Source: Deinococcaceae bacterium
Lineage (GTDB): Bacteria; Deinococcota; Deinococci; Deinococcales; Trueperaceae
Assembly (NCBI GenBank): GCA_040256005.1
Contig: JBDZWC010000038.1
Span: 1-22,702 of the forward strand
Direction of reading: 5' to 3'
Length of the DNA stretch: 22,702 bases
Shown here in pieces: positions 17,095 to 22,702 of the stretch. The notes under the pieces are model-generated. The model saw only the letters and a program-made list of their open reading frames with translations, did not search any database and was not told where the DNA came from. The first letter of the stretch is position 1, and every line of letters starts with the position of its first letter. A program made the translations under genes and the position numbers.

Positions 17095-18072
17095 TCAGGC
17101 CGTGAGGAGCCGCGCCAACTGCGCCGGTTCGACGTTGCCCCCGGAGGCCACGATCACAGTGGGGCCGGGCGCCAGCGTCACGCCGTCCGCGCTGCCCTCC
17201 CGGGCCAGTCGGAGCAGTGCCGCCAGGGTTATCGCTCCGGTCGGCTCCACGACCAGCTTCGTGCTCAGGGCGTGATGCCTGACGGCCGCGGCGATCGCCT
17301 CTTCGGGCACGGCGACGACCCCGGTCAGGTGGTCCTTGAGCACCGCGAAGTTGAGCTCGCCGATCACCTGCGATCGCACGCCGTCGGCCATGGTCGCGTT
17401 GGTTCGTTCGGCCGGCCACGTGACCCGCTCGCCGACCCGCAGCGACTCCTGGGCGTCGGCCGCCAGGGCCGGCTCGACACCGATGACCTGCGCCTCGGGT
17501 GCCAGCTCTTTCAACGCCAGGCAGACACCGGACGCTAGCCCGCCGCCGCCGATGGGCACCAGCACGTTCGCGACGTCAGGCAGGTCCTCCGCGATCTCCC
17601 AACCCACCGTGCCCTGCCCTTCTATGACCCGCGCGTGGTCGTAGGGCGGCAGGCGCGTGGCGCCGGTCTCCACGGCGATCTCCTCCATGGCGTCGTCCCG
17701 CGCCTGCCGCGTCTGCTCGCACCGGACGACGCGGGCGCCCAGCGCCTTCGTCCCCTCGACCTTGATGTCGGGCGCACCCTCCGGGATCACGACGGTCGCC
17801 TGGACACCGTAGGCCCTCGCCGCCGCGGCCACGCCCTGAGCGTGGTTCCCGCTGGAGTGCGCCACCACACCCAGGCGGCGCTGCACGGGCGGCAGGCTGG
17901 CGAGGAAGTTCGTCGCGCCCCTGATCTTGAAGGAGCCGGTCAGCTGCAGCGATTCGGGCTTGACGAGCACTCGGACAGCGCCCAGATCGGGGTGGGTGAG
18001 CGGCAGCAGCGGCGTTCGCCGCACGCGCCCCTTCAGCCGCTCTACCGCGTCACGCACGTTCACGTCGGTCAT
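17095..18072 (-). CDS. PLP fold-type II serine/threonine ammonia-lyase, serine-racemase-like (no ACT domain)
   Basis: KPESLQLTGSFKIRGA, HSSGNHAQG, GQGT, PIGGGGL, ADG, VEPTGA and SGGNV. Confidence 0.92.
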   Translation of the reverse strand: MTDVNVRDAVERLKGRVRRTPLLPLTHPDLGAVRVLVKPESLQLTGSFKIRGATNFLASLPPVQRRLGVVAHSSGNHAQGVAAAARAYGVQATVVIPEGAPDIKVEGTKALGARVVRCEQTRQARDDAMEEIAVETGATRLPPYDHARVIEGQGTVGWEIAEDLPDVANVLVPIGGGGLASGVCLALKELAPEAQVIGVEPALAADAQESLRVGERVTWPAERTNATMADGVRSQVIGELNFAVLKDHLTGVVAVPEEAIAAAVRHHALSTKLVVEPTGAITLAALLRLAREGSADGVTLAPGPTVIVASGGNVEPAQLARLLTA

Positions 18073-18130
18073 AGCGTCCTTCTACCACCGCCGGTCGTGC
18101 GCGGCGCGTCGCTGCCACTGGATCCCGGAG

Positions 18131-19132
18131 TCACAGGCCATGGGCTCCTCCCAGGAACGACGCCAGCTCCTCCGCCGACGCGTAGGAGGGTATGGCGCCA
18201 CGCTTGGTCGTCGAGAGCGCGGCGTAGGCGCACGCTCGTGCGAGCGCTCGCGTGGCCCCCTGTTGCTCGGTCCACACCGCCGGGTCGCGGAGGGAAGCCG
18301 CCAGGATCGCGCCGCTCAGGGCGTCTCCGGCGCCGGTCGTGTCGATCGCGGCCACCCTCGGCGAGGGCGCGCTCACGACGAAGCCTGGCGTGTGTGCCTC
18401 GGCTCCCCCGGCGCCCCGGCTGACGACGACCAGGTCGGCGCCTCCCGCCAGCAGGGCGGCCGGCACTCTGTCGCCGGGACCGAACTCGGGCCCGGCTAGG
18501 AAGGCGGCTTCCTCGGCGCTGAGTTTCACGATGTGCGCCCTGGCCAGGAACTCCCAGATGACGGCGCGCGCCGTAGACAGGTCGGGCCAGAAGCTCTCCC
18601 GCAGGTTCACGTCGCACGAGATCAGGCAGCCGCCGTCGGTCGCGACCTCTATCGCCGCCGCCGTCGCGGAGCGCGCGGGTTCGCGGGCCAGGCAGACCGA
18701 TCCGAAATGTAGGACGCGCGTGCCGCCCGTTGCCGCCAGCGCCGAGGCGGCCTCCCACGCGTGCTGCGGCGTGAGGTGGTCGTGGGCGGGGTCGTCGCCG
18801 TAGAACATGAAGTCGCGCTCGCCCGCGCTTCCCAGCCCGACGAACGCCACCGCGGTCTGCCGGTCGACACGCCTCAGGAACCTCGTGTCCACGCTCGCTG
18901 CCCGCAGGACGCTCGCCAACCAAGCGCCGAAAGGGTCGTTCCCGACGGCGGCTGCGACGCCCGCTACGGCTCCGAGACGTGACGCGGCCACAGCTACGTT
19001 GGCGGGCGCGCCCCCGGCCGCCCTGACGAACGTGTCAGCCTCCGCCAGGCCTGCCCCGTGAGTCGCCGGCACCATGTCGACGAGCAGCTCGCCGAGGCAG
19101 AGGAGCTTCATGTCGGCACCTGGGTCCGCCAC
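18131..19132 (-). CDS. PfkB-family carbohydrate kinase (fructokinase-like)
   Basis: LGELLVD, GGAPANVA, GNDPFG, DVNLRESFW, VKLSAEE and DTTGAGDA. TATCGT-N6-GTG supports the 19132 start; ATG 19111 is the alternative. Confidence 0.93.
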   Translation of the reverse strand: MADPGADMKLLCLGELLVDMVPATHGAGLAEADTFVRAAGGAPANVAVAASRLGAVAGVAAAVGNDPFGAWLASVLRAASVDTRFLRRVDRQTAVAFVGLGSAGERDFMFYGDDPAHDHLTPQHAWEAASALAATGGTRVLHFGSVCLAREPARSATAAAIEVATDGGCLISCDVNLRESFWPDLSTARAVIWEFLARAHIVKLSAEEAAFLAGPEFGPGDRVPAALLAGGADLVVVSRGAGGAEAHTPGFVVSAPSPRVAAIDTTGAGDALSGAILAASLRDPAVWTEQQGATRALARACAYAALSTTKRGAIPSYASAEELASFLGGAHGL

Positions 19133-19229
19133 CGGCTCACGATACGTGCGACGGCAGCGAAGATCGGTGCCTGCCGGGGTCGGATACCGTACCGATGCGC
19201 GGCTGGGAGCGTGTTAGAACGGGTGCGAC

Positions 19230-22058
19230 ATGGCGCCGAACGGCCCTTCCGAGATGCCCCAGGGTACCCAAGACCCCGAACCGCCACGAACCTTCGCCAG
19301 CGCGAGCCTCGACTACGTCGAGGAGCTGTACCTCAGGTACCTGGAGGACCCTGAGGACCTGCCAGAGGACTGGCGCGACTACTTCGACGCGCTGGGCCCC
19401 GCGGGCGCCTCCGGCCGGCACCTGGCCCCCACCTTCACGCCCCGGAGTCTCTTCAACCCACTGGCCGCGACGGACGACCAACTGTCGCAGGCCGGCGCTG
19501 CGGCGGCCGTGCTGCAGCAGAAGCTGGACCGCCTGGTGCGCAACTACCGCGTGCGTGGACACCGGCTGGCGCAGCTGAGCCCCCTGGGTCAGGAGCCGTT
19601 CGCGGCCCCCGAGCTGGAACCAGAGTTCTACGGCCTCACCGAGGCCGATATGGACGCACCGGTCCTCGGCAACGTGCTGCACGGCGCGACCACCGTGCGT
19701 GAGGTCATAGACGGCCTCAAGGAGACGTACACGCGGAGCATCGGCGCGCAGTTCATGCACATCGACAGGTTGGAGATGCGTGTCTGGCTGCAGCGGCGCA
19801 TGGAGACAACGCGCAACCGCCTGCCGCTGTCGCGGGAGGACCAGCTGCGCATCCTCACGAAGCTGACGGACGCCACGATCTTCGAGGAGTTCATCCAGCG
19901 CAAGTACGTGGGCGCCAAGACGTTCTCGCTCGAGGGTGGCGAGACCCTCATCCCGCTGCTCGACCTGGCCATCGAGAAGGCGGCCGACCAGGGCGTCGTG
20001 GAGGTCGTGCTCGGCATGGCCCACCGCGGTCGCCTCAACGTTCTCGCCAACGTGATGGGCAAGGACCCCTCCAGCATCTTCCGCGAGTTCGAGGACAAGG
20101 ACCCCGAGAACTACATGGGCCGGGGCGACGTCAAGTACCACCTCGGCTACTCCAGCGACCACAGGACGTCGTCCGGCAAGGACATCCATCTCTCGCTGGC
20201 GTTCAACCCCTCGCACCTGGAGTTCGTGAACTCGGTCGTGCTGGGCCGCACGCGCGCCAAGCAGGACCGGCGCGGCGACCTGGACCGCGAGAAGGTGCTG
20301 CCGATCCTCGTGCATGGAGATGCGGCGTTCAGCGGCCAGGGCATCGTCCAGGAGACGCTCAACATGAGCGGCCTCGAGGGCTACCGCGTGGGCGGCGCGC
20401 TCCACGTCATCGTCAACAACCAGATCGGCTTCACCACCGGCCCTCGTCAGGGTCGCAGCACCACCTACGCCAGCGACGTCGCGAAGATGCTGCAGAGCCC
20501 CATCTTCCACGTCAACGGCGAGGACCCCGAAGCCGTGGCCCAGGTCATCGAGCTGGCCATGGACTTCCGCCACCGCTACAAGCGCGACGTCGTCGTGGAC
20601 ATGTACTGCTACCGGCGTCTGGGCCACAACGAGACCGACGAGCCGGCGTTCACCCAGCCGGTCATGTACGGCAAGGTGCGCAAGCGCAGCTCGGTCAGGG
20701 AGGCCTACCGGGACATGCTCCTGTCGCTCGGCGAGGTGACGTTGAACGAGGCCGAGCAGATCGCGGAGGAGCGCAAGCAGCGCCTCGAGTCGCACCTCTC
20801 GGAGGCCCGCAAGGAAGACTTCAAGCTGGTCTACTCGACGCTTCAGGGTACGTGGGCCGACTACGTCGGCGGTGTGGACGCGGCCGTGGCGGACGTCGAC
20901 ACGGCGGTCTCTGAGGAGGACGCCCGTCGCCTGCTGGAGCAGCTGACGCACGTGCCGGAGGAGTTCAACCTCAACCGGAAGCTGAGACGCGGCCTCGACG
21001 CCCGCCTGGAGATGGCGCGCGGCAAGGCGCCACTGGACTGGGCGGCCGGCGAGGCGCTGGCCTTCGCCAGCCTCGTCGCTGGCGGCTACCGCGTGCGGCT
21101 GTCCGGCCAGGACAGCGAGCGCGGCACCTTCAGCCACAGGCACGCCGTGTTCCACGACGCGATCGACGGTCACGAGCACGTTCCTCTCGCCGAGATCGCG
21201 GCCGAGCACGGCGGCGTCTTCGACGTCCACAACAGCCCGTTGTCGGAGGCCGGCGTGCTGGGCTTCGAGTACGGCTACAGCGTCGACACGCCGGACGGGC
21301 TGGTGATGTGGGAGGCCCAGTTCGGTGACTTCGCGAACGGCGCCCAGGTGATCATCGACCAGTTCCTCTCGAGCGCCGAGGAGAAGTGGAACAGGCTCTC
21401 CGGCCTCACCCTGCTGCTGCCCCACGGCTTCGAGGGGCAGGGCCCCGAGCACTCCAGCGCCAGGCTCGAGCGGTTCCTCCAGCTCTGTGCCGAGGACAAC
21501 ATGCAGGTCGTCTATCCCACGACGCCGGCGCAGTACTTCCACCTGCTCCGGCGCCAGGTGCTGCGCAAGATCCGCAAGCCGCTGGTCGTCATGACGCCGA
21601 AGAGCCTCTTGCGTCACCCGCAGGCCGTGAGCCGGCTGGAGGAGTTCACGGCGGGAGGCTTCCACCGCGTGATCCCTGACACCACGGTAGAGCCCGGTGG
21701 CGTCAGGAAGGTCCTGATGACGAGCGGCAAGCTCTACTTCGAGCTGGCGGCCGCACGCGAGGAGCGCGGCGCTGCCGATGTCGCGATCGTGCGCCTGGAA
21801 CAGCTCTACCCCCTCGTCAACGAGGAGGTAGCGGCGGCCCTCGCTCCCTACCCGGCTACTGCGCCCGTGGTGTGGGTCCAGGAAGAGCCTTCCAACATGG
21901 GGGCCTGGTGGCACCTGCGAGTACGATGGGGCAACGAGGTAGCCGGCCGTGCGTTCAGCGGGGTGTCGCGGCCGGAGTCCGCGAGCCCCGCTACCGGCTC
22001 AGGGGCGGCGCATCGCATCGAGCAGAAGATGCTGGTGGACGAGGCCTTCGGCGAGTAG
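19230..22058 (+). CDS. sucA: 2-oxoglutarate dehydrogenase E1 component
   Basis: FSLEGGE, GMAHRGRLN, GDVKYHLG, NPSHLE, HGDAAF (TPP binding), RGTFSHRH, WEAQFGDF and GPEHSSAR. Confidence 0.98.
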   Translation: MAPNGPSEMPQGTQDPEPPRTFASASLDYVEELYLRYLEDPEDLPEDWRDYFDALGPAGASGRHLAPTFTPRSLFNPLAATDDQLSQAGAAAAVLQQKLDRLVRNYRVRGHRLAQLSPLGQEPFAAPELEPEFYGLTEADMDAPVLGNVLHGATTVREVIDGLKETYTRSIGAQFMHIDRLEMRVWLQRRMETTRNRLPLSREDQLRILTKLTDATIFEEFIQRKYVGAKTFSLEGGETLIPLLDLAIEKAADQGVVEVVLGMAHRGRLNVLANVMGKDPSSIFREFEDKDPENYMGRGDVKYHLGYSSDHRTSSGKDIHLSLAFNPSHLEFVNSVVLGRTRAKQDRRGDLDREKVLPILVHGDAAFSGQGIVQETLNMSGLEGYRVGGALHVIVNNQIGFTTGPRQGRSTTYASDVAKMLQSPIFHVNGEDPEAVAQVIELAMDFRHRYKRDVVVDMYCYRRLGHNETDEPAFTQPVMYGKVRKRSSVREAYRDMLLSLGEVTLNEAEQIAEERKQRLESHLSEARKEDFKLVYSTLQGTWADYVGGVDAAVADVDTAVSEEDARRLLEQLTHVPEEFNLNRKLRRGLDARLEMARGKAPLDWAAGEALAFASLVAGGYRVRLSGQDSERGTFSHRHAVFHDAIDGHEHVPLAEIAAEHGGVFDVHNSPLSEAGVLGFEYGYSVDTPDGLVMWEAQFGDFANGAQVIIDQFLSSAEEKWNRLSGLTLLLPHGFEGQGPEHSSARLERFLQLCAEDNMQVVYPTTPAQYFHLLRRQVLRKIRKPLVVMTPKSLLRHPQAVSRLEEFTAGGFHRVIPDTTVEPGGVRKVLMTSGKLYFELAAAREERGAADVAIVRLEQLYPLVNEEVAAALAPYPATAPVVWVQEEPSNMGAWWHLRVRWGNEVAGRAFSGVSRPESASPATGSGAAHRIEQKMLVDEAFGE

Positions 22059-22114
22059 AGCGGCGATGAACCGCCCGAGCCCGACGAACGCTCCCGCCAG
22101 AGGGAAGGTCGAAC

Positions 22115-22702
22115 ATGGCAACTGACGTCAAGGTGCCCGCGGCGGGCGAGTCGATCTCGGAGGTCATCATCGGGACCTGGCTGAAGGCCGTGGGCGACCC
22201 TGTCGCTGCCGACGAACCCATCGTCGAGGTCGAGACCGACAAGGCGACCCTCGAGGTGCCCGCCCCTGCCGCCGGCGTGCTGGTCGAGCAGGTGGCTGCC
22301 GAAGGCGACACCGTCGCGGTCGGCGACGTCATCGCGCGCGTCGACGAGGCGCAGGCCGGCGCGGCCGCGTCCGCTTCCCAAGAGGCTCCGGCCGCGGCGC
22401 CGTCGACCGGTGGGCAGCCCGCCGCCGAGCCGAGGTCCGAGCCGGCACCCCCTGCCGCTGCACAGCAGGGCGCGCAGCGGGCTACGCCGGGAGGTGGGGA
22501 CACCTCCCGCGGCGCGCCTGCGGCTGCCGCCCCGGCCAGCGCCACTGCGGTAGCCGAGCCGCTGCCGGACGGCCAGAAGGCGACCAGCGTCATGCCTGCC
22601 GCCCAGCGCCTGCTCGACGAGCACGGCCTGTCTGCCTACGACGTGCCTGCTACCGGGCCAGGTGGACGCCTGCTCAAGGAGGACGTGCAGCGCTTCGTCG
22701 AG
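22115..22702 (+). CDS. sucB: Dihydrolipoamide succinyltransferase E2 (5' part, runs off the window)
   Basis: Manual translation: MATDVKVPAAGESISE...VETDKATLEVPAP (lipoyl Lys), Ala/Pro linker, and E3-binding domain PAAQRLL...TGPGGRLLKEDV. Follows sucA. Confidence 0.95.
   Translation, partial: MATDVKVPAAGESISEVIIGTWLKAVGDPVAADEPIVEVETDKATLEVPAPAAGVLVEQVAAEGDTVAVGDVIARVDEAQAGAAASASQEAPAAAPSTGGQPAAEPRSEPAPPAAAQQGAQRATPGGGDTSRGAPAAAAPASATAVAEPLPDGQKATSVMPAAQRLLDEHGLSAYDVPATGPGGRLLKEDVQRFVE

Noticed and set aside
19137..21914. 925-aa antisense ORF opposite sucA (likewise 11006-12661, 716-2089, 5748-7217 and 15820-16506)
   Set aside because: Stop-codon scarcity in high-GC DNA; low-information translations overlapping well-supported genes.
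22345..22590. Long Ala/Pro-rich low-complexity stretch in sucB
   Set aside because: Normal flexible linker between the lipoyl and E3-binding domains of E2 enzymes.

Overview
High-GC bacterial chromosomal region, most likely Deinococcota (Trueperaceae-like). That assignment is an inference from the 16S 3' end, a solitary 16S gene, an AbxC-type bacilliredoxin and widespread leaderless -10 promoters. The window opens with the 3' end of a 16S rRNA gene followed directly by a terminator, with no tRNA or 23S. Next come an Ig-repeat lipoprotein plus class III aminotransferase pair and a Dpp/Opp-type ABC binding protein with two permeases but no ATPase, behind a long structured leader. These are followed by a c-type cytochrome with two CxxCH motifs, an Fe-S-less RlmD/TrmA-type methyltransferase, hisF-hisIE, an alpha/beta-hydrolase-like lipoprotein, glpX and rph-rdgB. 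A thiol-redox neighbourhood (single-site PDO, tRNA-Ser(GGA), Fur-family regulator, AbxC/BrxC) precedes a serine-racemase-like PLP enzyme, a PfkB kinase, sucA and the start of sucB. No mobile element, CRISPR array or defence system was seen. The region is mostly housekeeping; the best candidates for something undescribed are the structured leader at 2626-2805, the two-motif cytochrome and the uncharacterised lipoproteins.
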